Part shown: in pieces, positions 8,690 to 17,243 of the stretch | How positions within the stretch are numbered: the first letter of the stretch is position 1 | Layout: every line of letters begins with the position of its first letter | DNA from: Smithellaceae bacterium | GTDB taxonomy: Bacteria > Desulfobacterota > Syntrophia > Syntrophales > Smithellaceae | DNA length: 64,000 nt | Assembly (NCBI GenBank): GCA_028693285.1 | Contig: JAQUVQ010000009.1 | Coordinates: 165-64,164, forward strand | Reading direction: 5' to 3' | Notes under the pieces: generated by a model | Told to the model about the DNA's origin: nothing | Seen by the model: the letters and a program-made list of their open reading frames with translations, nothing else | The model's database searches: none | Made by a program: the position numbers and the translations under genes

Positions 8690-11052
8690 TCAGGTCCTCC
8701 GATCAGGTCGCGAACGGCGGTCAGCAGACTTTCGTCATGAAAGCTGCCCTTGGTCAGATAGTAATTGGCGCCGGCTTCCAGGCCCCGCAGCCGGTCTTCT
8801 TCACGGTCTTTATAGGAGACAATCATGACCGGCATGTCGTGGTGCTGCGGATCGGCTTTGACCGTCCGGACCAGATCGATGCCGTTCATGCGCGGCATGT
8901 CCACGTCGGAAACGAGCAGTTCAAAGGATTGCGACGTCAGCTTGTTCCAGCCGTCCACGCCGTCAATGGCGGTGGTGACCTCGTATCCGGCGTTTTCCAG
9001 AAGTCTGCGCTCCACTTCGCGCACGGTCAGGGAGTCGTCCACCACCAGTACGCGCTTTTTGCCCGTTTTCAGGGCCTGCCGTCCCCGGCCGATTTTCTGA
9101 AGCTTGCCGGTGGTCAGCAGTTGGTGAATGGAACGGACCAGATCGTCCACGTCGAAAATGACCACGGGCGAACCGTCGTCCAGAATGGCGCCGGCGCTGA
9201 CATTGGGAACTTTTCCGAGGCGGCTGTCCAGCGGCCGGACGACAAGATTTTCCTCCCCGATCACGCGGTCAACCACCAGGCCGTAGCGGTTCAGCCGGTC
9301 GCTGATGACGACGACGGAAAATCCTCCCGACGGGGCGGCGGCCGGCGGCAGCCCGAAAAGCTGGCGCGCGTCGAGAATGCCCACATGCTCACCGTCCAGC
9401 GTGCAGTAGGGTCGGTCTTCGATTTCCCGAATGTCGGCGGGGGCCAGAGACAAAACCCGGTCGATGCGGGAAAGGGGCAGAGCGTACGCTTCGCCGGCAA
9501 TCGACAACAGCAGGGTTCTGAGCACGGAAAGCGTCAGCGGCAGCTGCAGGTGAAAGCGGGCGCCCCGGCCTGCGTCTGCGTCAACGCGCACGGTTCCGCC
9601 CACTTCATGGGCCATGTTGAAAACGACATCCAGACCGACCCCCCGACCGGAAATTTCCGTCACCTTTCGGGCGGTGGAAAATCCCGGCAGAAACAGAAAC
9701 TCGAAAAGTTCCGCCCGGCTTAAGCTTCCGGCCATGTCCGGTGAAACATATCCTTTTTCAACGATCTTGCCCCGTAAATCCTCGGGATTGATTCCCCGGC
9801 CGTCGTCGGTGAGCGAAATGTTCAGCATTCCCGCGACGTGGCGCGCTTCCAGAAGGAGGGTTCCTTCCTCCGGCTTGCCCGCCGCCTGGCGCTCCCCGGG
9901 TGTTTCCATGCCGTGGTCGACGGCATTGCGGATCAAGTGGGACAGGGGCGCCTCCAGGCGCTCCAGAATGTCCCGGTCCACGGGCGTGGCGGCACCGGCG
10001 ATTTCAAAGCGGATCTGTTTCCCCGTTTCCCGGGCCAGATCCCTGACCAGACGGGGAAAGCCATGGAGACCGTCCGAAAAAGGCACCATGCGGCTCGAGA
10101 TGACTTCGTTGTAAAGGCGATGCGCCAGGTGTTCCAGTCGGCGTGAAAAACGCTCGAACCGGACAATTTCCCGCGAGACGGTCTGCTGGGCCGCCGCCGC
10201 GCCGGACAGCGTCTGTTGCAGGCCTTCCGCTCCTTCGTCCTGCCCGTTGGCCTCCTGCCGCTCCACAAAGTCGCGCAGGGGTTTTTCGATTTCAAAGATC
10301 TCCTTTTTGAGGGCCAGAAGACTTTGATAGACGGTTTTGACGGACTGGGCCTGAACGAGGCATTCGCCCGCCAGGGCCATCAGGCGGTTCATGTTTTCGG
10401 ACCGGACGCGTACCAGTCCCCCTTCGCCCTGATCCTGTACGCGGCGGGAACGGGCGGCCGGCGGTGCGATTTGCGGTCCCGGACAGGCGCTTTCCAAAAC
10501 GGCTGCCTCCGGCGGCTTTTGAGGTTCGGCCTCTTTGGTGCGCGCCGCGGCGGCATTGGCTTCTGGCGCTGCATTCCCGGCCGGTTTTTCTTTAACGGGA
10601 GCGGTTTCCTGCCGCGGGGGCGGCGAGGGAACGCTCTCCGGGGGAGAGGAGAGAAAGTTTCTCAGTTCCGCCGACATGCCGGTAATTTCATCGGCTCCCT
10701 TATCCAGCGCGGCGGGCAGTTCCTGAATGTCCACGCGGGAAAGAGCGGCAAAAAAATCATTCCCTTTGAGCAACCGGTCCACCGCCGCGGAGGTCAGCGG
10801 CCGTTTTCCGCTTTGTGCCGCCGACAGAACGTCCTCCATGGCGTGGGCAAGCGCAACGGCTTTGACGAGCCCCACGATCCGGGCGGCTCCCTTGATGGAA
10901 TGGGCGGCCCGCATCAGCGGTTCGATGCGCTCCGGCGTCTGATCGCGCTCCGCCGTGACCAGGCCGGCTTCCAGCGTCCGGGTGTTGTTCTCCAGCTCCA
11001 CGCGGAACAGGTCGAGCATCAAAGGATCAATGGGGGCGGCATCCGCGGTCAT
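8686..11052 (-). CDS. cheA: hybrid CheA-type histidine kinase with C-terminal receiver (WspE-like)
   Basis: Hpt domain (HSIKGAARIVG), Pro/Ala-rich linker, HATPase (DDGRGI, GRGVGLDVV), CheW-like P5 domain and a receiver (VLVVDDS, VSDVDMP, YLTKG). Confidence 0.9.
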   Translation of the reverse strand: MTADAAPIDPLMLDLFRVELENNTRTLEAGLVTAERDQTPERIEPLMRAAHSIKGAARIVGLVKAVALAHAMEDVLSAAQSGKRPLTSAAVDRLLKGNDFFAALSRVDIQELPAALDKGADEITGMSAELRNFLSSPPESVPSPPPRQETAPVKEKPAGNAAPEANAAAARTKEAEPQKPPEAAVLESACPGPQIAPPAARSRRVQDQGEGGLVRVRSENMNRLMALAGECLVQAQSVKTVYQSLLALKKEIFEIEKPLRDFVERQEANGQDEGAEGLQQTLSGAAAAQQTVSREIVRFERFSRRLEHLAHRLYNEVISSRMVPFSDGLHGFPRLVRDLARETGKQIRFEIAGAATPVDRDILERLEAPLSHLIRNAVDHGMETPGERQAAGKPEEGTLLLEARHVAGMLNISLTDDGRGINPEDLRGKIVEKGYVSPDMAGSLSRAELFEFLFLPGFSTARKVTEISGRGVGLDVVFNMAHEVGGTVRVDADAGRGARFHLQLPLTLSVLRTLLLSIAGEAYALPLSRIDRVLSLAPADIREIEDRPYCTLDGEHVGILDARQLFGLPPAAAPSGGFSVVVISDRLNRYGLVVDRVIGEENLVVRPLDSRLGKVPNVSAGAILDDGSPVVIFDVDDLVRSIHQLLTTGKLQKIGRGRQALKTGKKRVLVVDDSLTVREVERRLLENAGYEVTTAIDGVDGWNKLTSQSFELLVSDVDMPRMNGIDLVRTVKADPQHHDMPVMIVSYKDREEDRLRGLEAGANYYLTKGSFHDESLLTAVRDLIGGPE

Positions 11053-11714
11053 GGGTTCAGACTCCTTGTCATGGCGGGGAAGAGCCGCTCTTCATCCAGA
11101 AGCCCGACCGGGCTTCCGTCAAGCAGGAAAATTCCCCGGGTGAGGGCTCTCGCGCTTCGTGAAAGTGTGGCCGGGACTTCCCCGAGATCCTCCGGGGCAA
11201 TCCGATGAACCCCCAGAATCTGCTCGACGGGAAACGCGAAGCGCTGTCCCTCCTGCCCGACCACCAGCATTCGCTCATAAGCCGGCGCAGGCCCGCTTTC
11301 CTGCGCCTCGAAGGTCAAATCCAGAAGGTCCGCGACGGACAGGCACAGAAGCAGTTCTCCGTTGATGTTGGCGATTCCCCGGAAAATCCGGTTGACCTTC
11401 AAAGGCAGTGTGTGAACCGGGGAAGGTTCCGCCGCTTCCTGAAAATAGATGGTTTTGACGGCAAACTTCTCTCCGCACAGGCGGAAAACCATCACGGACA
11501 GCGTTCCCAGCCTGCCTGTCTCTTTGGGCAACGCCATCACGGCGGCCCGCTCCCCGAGGTATGCCGGCGGGAGGTTCCGGTCCAGATGCTGTCTTCCCGC
11601 TGCGGCGAAAACGGGGCAGCGGCGGCAGTGAATCAGACGGGGCAGTTCCGGACAGGATCCGTCGCCGTAGATTCCTTTTGCCTTCCAGCAGTATTTTTCC
11701 GTGTTCGTGGTCAT
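11049..11714 (-). CDS. cheW: CheW-like coupling protein with N-terminal 4-Cys region (WspD-like)
   Basis: 221 aa. Cys9, Cys21, Cys30 and Cys33 precede a CheW domain. 4-nt overlaps with both neighbours. Confidence 0.8.
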   Translation of the reverse strand: MTTNTEKYCWKAKGIYGDGSCPELPRLIHCRRCPVFAAAGRQHLDRNLPPAYLGERAAVMALPKETGRLGTLSVMVFRLCGEKFAVKTIYFQEAAEPSPVHTLPLKVNRIFRGIANINGELLLCLSVADLLDLTFEAQESGPAPAYERMLVVGQEGQRFAFPVEQILGVHRIAPEDLGEVPATLSRSARALTRGIFLLDGSPVGLLDEERLFPAMTRSLNP

Positions 11715-13048
11715 TGTTCCTTTTCGGATCCGTGCGATCCGCCTTTATTTCCTGCCGTTCGCAGGGCGCGCTCCCGGTAAAGCGCCGCTTTTTTTTCGTT
11801 TCCCTTCTGCCGGCAGATCAGGCTGATGTGGACCAGGCTTTCGTAGTGGCCGGGATCGAGGTAGAGGGCCTTCAAAAAATAGTCCTCCGCGCCGTTCGAA
11901 TCCTGCTCGGCCATGGAGAGGATTCCCATCAGGCAATAGGCTTCGGCGGCCGGTCCGAATTTGCGCGTGCATTCCCGGCAGAGACGGGCGGCGCCCTTCA
12001 TGTCGCCTGTGTCGGCCAGCCGCCGGGCCTCCTGAATCTGCTCGTCCGCCTGCGAAAGTTTGAAATTTTCACTTGCGGTTTCGGATTTTGCCGGCTGCCC
12101 CCGTCCCTTGCCCGCAGTCTTCCCCTGACCGGTGTTTGAAGGGGACGATGTTGCTTCCTGCGCCGCGGCGCCGGTTTTGCGGGGGAAGTTTTCGCCCGGT
12201 CGGACCGACGGTTTTGTCGGGGCTTTTGTCCTGATTGCCGCGGGCTGAGCCGGGGAAGCGGGCTTGGCCAGGGCAAAGGCCCTGTCCCACGGGAGGAGCT
12301 GATAGCCGCGCTGATGCCAGAAATTTGTTTCCGTATGGCCGGTGAAGAGCAGACCGCCGGGGATCAGAAGCCTGTTCATCCGGTCAAAAATCCGAAGACG
12401 GGCCTCGGGGGTCATGTAGATGAGAAGGTTTCTGCAGAAAATAATGTCGTACGGACCGCGTCCGGCAAGGCTTCCGGGCAGCGCCAGGTTCTCCGGTGAA
12501 AAGGAGACCAGGCTTGCGACGGCCTCGGCGACTTTGCGGCCCGAAGGCGTCGTTTCGAAAAAGCGGGCGACATCCTCGCCGATGCTTCCCCGGAAAGCGC
12601 TTTTCGGGTAGCAGGCGCGGCCGGCCGTCTCGAGGGCCCGCGCGCTCGCGTCCACGCCTTCCACCGTGAAGGCCGAAGGCGGCAGGCCGGCGGCCAGCAG
12701 GGTCATGACGATGGAGTAGGGCTCCTCGCCGGTTGCGCAGGGGGACGACAGAATCTTCAAGGTGCTTCCCGGATGCGTCTCCAGCCATTGGCGGGCGTGG
12801 CGGGCAAGCCAGAGAAAAGGCCCCCGGTCCCGGAAAAACCAGGTTTCCCCGACGACGACGGCGTCAATCAGCTTCTGCCTTGCGGCGGGAGAGGACAAAA
12901 ACAGCTTTTCATACTCCCGCGCATCCGAAACGCCTTCCTGACGCATGGCGAAAGCGACGGCGCGGCGCACGGCATCTTTTCCGGCGGAGCCCTGCTCCAT
13001 GCCCAGGGAATGCGTGATGAATTCCATGACGGCGGCAGGCGCGTTCAT
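11711..13048 (-). CDS. cheR: CheR methyltransferase with C-terminal TPR domain (WspC-like)
   Basis: CheR SAM-binding core (ETWFFRD, ILSSPCATGEEPYS, FCRNLLIYM), a P/A/S-rich linker, and TPR repeats at the C-terminus. Confidence 0.88.
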   Translation of the reverse strand: MNAPAAVMEFITHSLGMEQGSAGKDAVRRAVAFAMRQEGVSDAREYEKLFLSSPAARQKLIDAVVVGETWFFRDRGPFLWLARHARQWLETHPGSTLKILSSPCATGEEPYSIVMTLLAAGLPPSAFTVEGVDASARALETAGRACYPKSAFRGSIGEDVARFFETTPSGRKVAEAVASLVSFSPENLALPGSLAGRGPYDIIFCRNLLIYMTPEARLRIFDRMNRLLIPGGLLFTGHTETNFWHQRGYQLLPWDRAFALAKPASPAQPAAIRTKAPTKPSVRPGENFPRKTGAAAQEATSSPSNTGQGKTAGKGRGQPAKSETASENFKLSQADEQIQEARRLADTGDMKGAARLCRECTRKFGPAAEAYCLMGILSMAEQDSNGAEDYFLKALYLDPGHYESLVHISLICRQKGNEKKAALYRERALRTAGNKGGSHGSEKEQ

Positions 13049-13509
13049 CCGTTGGTGACCTCCGGCGGAAAAAGAGTGAACAGCAGGTCGCGGGTCAGCA
13101 GCCGTTCCATGTCCAGCACCTGAAGGGAGCCCCGCTCGTCAAATATCGTATCCCCCAGATAGGCCGCGCCGTCGACGCCGACCACCGGCTGCTGAAGGTT
13201 TTCCTTTTTGCATTCGATCATCTCCGTCACCGCCTCGGCCAGAAGACCCAGAATGTGGAAGCGGCCGTCTTCCCCCTGATAGTTGACGAGAATAATGCGC
13301 GTGCTCATTCGGGGACGGGATGGAGAGCCGGTCAGAAGCACGGTCAGGTCCACCACCGGGGTGAGCGTTCCCCGGTAATTGAACGTTCCCGCGACCTGGG
13401 GCGGCGCGTGGGGCACGGCCCTCAGGGAAACCAGGGAGGACACTTCAATGACCTGTCCGATGTCGAGGCCGTAGCGGTCAGGGCCTGCCTGAAACTGAAG
13501 TAGCAGCAT
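13045..13509 (-). CDS. cheW: CheW coupling protein (WspB-like)
   Basis: 154-aa single CheW domain, sitting between the MCP and cheR genes. Confidence 0.85.
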   Translation of the reverse strand: MLLLQFQAGPDRYGLDIGQVIEVSSLVSLRAVPHAPPQVAGTFNYRGTLTPVVDLTVLLTGSPSRPRMSTRIILVNYQGEDGRFHILGLLAEAVTEMIECKKENLQQPVVGVDGAAYLGDTIFDERGSLQVLDMERLLTRDLLFTLFPPEVTNG

Positions 13510-13524
13510 AGCGTTGTTTCCCGA

Positions 13525-15723
13525 TCAGGAACTGATTTTAAACCGGGAGACCTCGGACTGCAGCCCCGCGATGGCCTCGTTGAGCTGCTGGGTCGCCAGT
13601 TTGAATTCGTGAAGCGACGCCTTGGTCTGCTCGGCCGCCGTCGACAACTGGCCCATGGCTTCGCTGATCTGCTGCGCGCCCTGGGACTGGCCGAACATGC
13701 CGTCCTTTACATTGGTGAACTGCGGACCGTGGATGCGCACCTGATCAATGATCCGGGCAAGCTGCGTGCTCTGCGCGGCCATCGTTTCCACGCCGCGCCG
13801 GACTTCGTCGTTGAACTTGTCCATCTCCATCACGCCGGTGGCGACGGATGTCTGCATTTCAGAGACGACCTGCTGGATGTCCTGCGTGGCGATGGCCGTC
13901 TGATCGGCCAGCCGGCTGATCTCGCGGGCGACGACCGAAAAGCCCCTTCCGAATTCGCCGGCTTTTTCGGCCTCGATGGCGGCGTTTAACGACAGCAGAT
14001 TGGTCTGGTCGGAAATCTTGTTGATGGTGGTGACGACATGGGAGATCCGGTTGGCCCGGTCGTTGATGACGGTCAGCTTTGAAGAGATGGAGGACGTGGC
14101 CTTGACCAGTTCCCGCATGGCCGTTTCCATCCGGGAAAGGTCGCTGCGGCCCTCCTGGGCCATGCCGATGGTTTCGTTGAGCGATTCATTGACCCCGTCC
14201 ATGGTCTGGGCCAGTTCGTCGGCCGTGGCGGAGATTTCCCGGCTGGTGGCCGTTACTTCGGTGGTGGAAGCCGCCTGCTGCGCCACGGTCGCTTCGAGTT
14301 CGCGCGCCGAAGCGGCGATTTCCGTGGCGGACGTGGTGACCTGGATGCCCGAGCGGTGAACCTGGCCGATGAGGGAGTCGAGATTTCCCGTCATGGCCTG
14401 GAAGGCCTGGAGCAGTTTCCCGGTTTCGTCTCCGGCCTGAATGACCCGCGTTGACGCGGTTCCCGCCAGATCTTCGCGGGCCTGCTGAATATCGCCGGTA
14501 GCGATCTTCTGGGCAAGCGATGTCGTCAGTTCCAGAGGGGCCGTCAGCCGACGGGCCAGGACAGCGGCCAGCAGAACCGAAAGAAAGATGATCAGCGCCC
14601 CCGCCAGGAGCATTTTCAGAAAGATGGACTTGATCATGTCGTGCACGTGTCCGATGGGGCGGAAGAAGTCATCTTCATAGGTTCCGGCCACGATCACCCA
14701 GTCGAAGGGTTCAAAGTAAATGACGGACGATATCTTTTTTCTCGGCTCGGGCTCGCCGGGATTCTGCCAGATGTATTCATGGTAGAAGGATTCGCCTTTG
14801 GGCTGGGCCAGCGCCTTGGTGATCAGGGTCTGAATGATGAGGTTGCCGTGGACGTCTTTCTGATCCCAGATGTTTTCTCCGTCCCGCTTGCCGTCTTTGG
14901 AAATGATGTAGCGCCCCCGGTGCTCGTTCTTGCCGCCGACGACGCCCACATAGCCCAGCTTTCCCACCTTCATGCTCATGATCGCTTTTCGAAGCGAAGC
15001 GACGGCTTCCAGCTTTTCCCCCACGTACAGCATGCCGATGATTTTACCGCCGCGGTCCGTGACGGGCTCATAGGCGGTGAGGTACCACGTGTTGACCACA
15101 TAGGCGAGACCCCGGTAGGACTGTCCTTTCAGGACCGCCGCCGTCACCGGGTTGGCGCTCCCGTCCGTCAGCGTGTTTGGAATATAGGTGCCGATGGCCC
15201 GGCGATGGTTCAGGTCTTCCACGTTGGTGGCCACCCTCAGCATGTCGCCGTTTTCGTTCATGCGCTGAAAAATGGTGCAGGTGATGCCGACCAGACGCTT
15301 CACGTCATCGACGATGGGCGTGGGCGTAGAAGTGCTGCGGTTCTGTCCCAGCCAGACGCCGCCCGCCGTCAGTTTGGGAAGCTCGATTTTCTGGGTTTCC
15401 CGGGTCAACTGGTTTACGGCATCCCATGCGATCTTTTCCCTGGCGGTTTCGATGCCCCCGTGCTGCTTCAGGATGCTTCTGGCTACATTCAGCCCGTTGT
15501 TGATTTTTCGCTGGATCAGGTCGTTGGAAGTTTCGCACAGTCCGTACACGTCCCTGGAGATCTGGGACATGTTGGCCATTGCAACGTCGCTAAGCTCTTT
15601 CGAGGCCAGGTCGGAAACGGAGGTTTTGAAAGATCCCATGAGAATCATCATGACGGCGACCGGCAGAACGGCGGCCATGACGGCAAGGCCGATGATCTTT
15701 CGCTTCAGAGAAAGTTTTATCAT
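13525..15723 (-). CDS. methyl-accepting chemotaxis protein with periplasmic double-Cache sensor
   Basis: TM, Cache-like ectodomain, TM, HAMP, and an MA signalling domain (highly conserved LLSLNAAIEAEKAGE.GRGFSVVA). Start moved to the ATG at 15723 (AAGGA RBS) because the -10 box abuts the longer ORF start. Confidence 0.9.
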   Translation of the reverse strand: MIKLSLKRKIIGLAVMAAVLPVAVMMILMGSFKTSVSDLASKELSDVAMANMSQISRDVYGLCETSNDLIQRKINNGLNVARSILKQHGGIETAREKIAWDAVNQLTRETQKIELPKLTAGGVWLGQNRSTSTPTPIVDDVKRLVGITCTIFQRMNENGDMLRVATNVEDLNHRRAIGTYIPNTLTDGSANPVTAAVLKGQSYRGLAYVVNTWYLTAYEPVTDRGGKIIGMLYVGEKLEAVASLRKAIMSMKVGKLGYVGVVGGKNEHRGRYIISKDGKRDGENIWDQKDVHGNLIIQTLITKALAQPKGESFYHEYIWQNPGEPEPRKKISSVIYFEPFDWVIVAGTYEDDFFRPIGHVHDMIKSIFLKMLLAGALIIFLSVLLAAVLARRLTAPLELTTSLAQKIATGDIQQAREDLAGTASTRVIQAGDETGKLLQAFQAMTGNLDSLIGQVHRSGIQVTTSATEIAASARELEATVAQQAASTTEVTATSREISATADELAQTMDGVNESLNETIGMAQEGRSDLSRMETAMRELVKATSSISSKLTVINDRANRISHVVTTINKISDQTNLLSLNAAIEAEKAGEFGRGFSVVAREISRLADQTAIATQDIQQVVSEMQTSVATGVMEMDKFNDEVRRGVETMAAQSTQLARIIDQVRIHGPQFTNVKDGMFGQSQGAQQISEAMGQLSTAAEQTKASLHEFKLATQQLNEAIAGLQSEVSRFKISS

Positions 15724-15759
15724 GGCGACGCATCCTTGATTGGTATTTTTGCGCGGCAA

Positions 15760-15788
15760 AGTATAGGGAACGCCGTGGGGTCTGTCAA
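15760..15788 (-). promoter_or_regulatory. sigma70-type promoter of the chemosensory operon (TTGACA-N17-TATACT)
   Basis: The minus strand reads cTTGACAgaccccacggcgttcccTATACTttg. -35 at 15788-15783 and -10 at 15765-15760. Confidence 0.6.
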
Positions 15789-16033
15789 GAAAATCTTGGA
15801 AAATTCAGGGGGAAGTCCGCCGACCTGTTGCCGGATGGCCGGGAAAGACATTCCCCGCGCATATTATGTATTGACAGGATGAAGGGATTGCAGTTATCCC
15901 CGTCATGTCCGGAAAAACGAAAAAAGGAATTGCGTTTTCAAACGCGGAGCGTGAAGGGGGCCGGTTTGTTCACACGGCGGATTTGCCGGATAGGGAAGCC
16001 GGCGGGAAATTCCATGAGCGGCGGTGCGGCGAA

Positions 16034-16789
16034 ATGATGGACGAAGTGACGATTGACGAAATCCTGGGCGGACGCCTCAAAATCCGCCAGAGCAAAAGGG
16101 GCTACCGGTTTAACCTGGATTCTCTGATGCTGGCCGGTTTTGCCTCCATCAAACCCCGGTCCGTGAATCTGGACCTGGGCTGCGGCAACGGAATTCTCGC
16201 GCTGGTTCTGGCCGGAAGGCATCCCCTGACAAGATGGGTCGGCCTGGAGATTCAGGAGGGCCTGGCAAATCTTGCCCGCGCCAATGTGGAACAAAACGGC
16301 CTTGCGGGGCGAATCTCGATTGTCGCGGGCGACGCCAGGAATGCGGGGAAAATCTTTTCAAACCATTCGTTTGACCAGGTTGTTTTCAATCCTCCCTATC
16401 GGAAAATTTCCTCCGGCCGAATCAATCCGCTCTCCGAAAAAGCGATTGCCCGCCACGAGCTTCAGGGGGCACTGGCGGATTTTCTGGCGGCGTCAAAGAT
16501 TCTGCTGAAGCCGAAAGGACGGGTCTTCACGATTTATCCGGCGGCCCGGCTGGTGGAGCTGGTCAGCCTGTTTCGGGCCAGGGGCATCGAACCCAAGAGA
16601 ATGAAGCTGGTTTTTTCCGACGCGTCATCCGATGCGGTCTTCGTGCTGGCGGAGGGGCGAAGCGGTTCCGGTGAAGAGCTGAAGATGGAGCCGCCGCTTT
16701 ACATATATGAAGAGGGGAAAACCTACACGCCGGAGATGAAAAAGTTGTTCAGCGATCTTGCCGCTTTTCCCGAAGCCTGCGGCGGCTGA
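16034..16789 (+). CDS. N6-adenine-type SAM methyltransferase (tRNA m6A37 TrmN6/YfiC-like)
   Basis: Motif I DLGCGNGILAL and catalytic NPPY (VFNPPYRK). Start chosen at the internal ATG 16034 (MMDEVTIDEILGG...). Confidence 0.72.
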   Translation: MMDEVTIDEILGGRLKIRQSKRGYRFNLDSLMLAGFASIKPRSVNLDLGCGNGILALVLAGRHPLTRWVGLEIQEGLANLARANVEQNGLAGRISIVAGDARNAGKIFSNHSFDQVVFNPPYRKISSGRINPLSEKAIARHELQGALADFLAASKILLKPKGRVFTIYPAARLVELVSLFRARGIEPKRMKLVFSDASSDAVFVLAEGRSGSGEELKMEPPLYIYEEGKTYTPEMKKLFSDLAAFPEACGG

Positions 16790-17243
16790 TTTCCGCCTGC
16801 ATGACCCTTTTTACAACGGCGGCCAGTTCGGGATCTTTGAGCGTTTCGGTGCATTCGGCGATGATTCTTTTGTCTCTCTCTTTCAGGGCAGTCCCGGGCG
16901 GGACGGCCAGCCGGCCCGCGTCCCCGCGGGGAGGGCTGTAACCCACGCCAAAGTGGATTTCCTGCACGACCGTTTTTCCGGCCAGATCATTGATTTTTTT
17001 CCGGATGTCTTCTTTCATGAAATGAAGCTGCTGCACCCAGACCGAGGAGGTCGTTTTCACGAAGAGGGTGCCCGCGCGCCATCCGTCGGGACGGGTTTGC
17101 CGGGCGATTTTCGCGCCGACCGCCTGCGGCCAGAGCTTGAAGACGGGGTTGTCCGCCAGTTTGCCGGCCAGGCCTCTTCTCTTCAGGGCGGAAGAAAGAA
17201 TGTCTCCCACCGGCTGCAATTGACCTTTAAAGCGTCTTCTCAT
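16749..17243 (-). CDS. DUF721/DciA-like protein
   Basis: The pattern L..W..AVG..IA..T.P......TLFV...SS.W.Q.L matches DUF721. The ATG at 17243 overlaps the kinase stop (ATGA). Confidence 0.7.
   Translation of the reverse strand: MRRRFKGQLQPVGDILSSALKRRGLAGKLADNPVFKLWPQAVGAKIARQTRPDGWRAGTLFVKTTSSVWVQQLHFMKEDIRKKINDLAGKTVVQEIHFGVGYSPPRGDAGRLAVPPGTALKERDKRIIAECTETLKDPELAAVVKRVMQAEISRRRLREKRQDR

Noticed and set aside
15724-15759. Longer MCP start (ATG at 15759)
   Set aside because: The -10 box of the best promoter abuts this codon. The internal ATG at 15723 has an AAGGA RBS and begins at the basic residues preceding the first TM helix.
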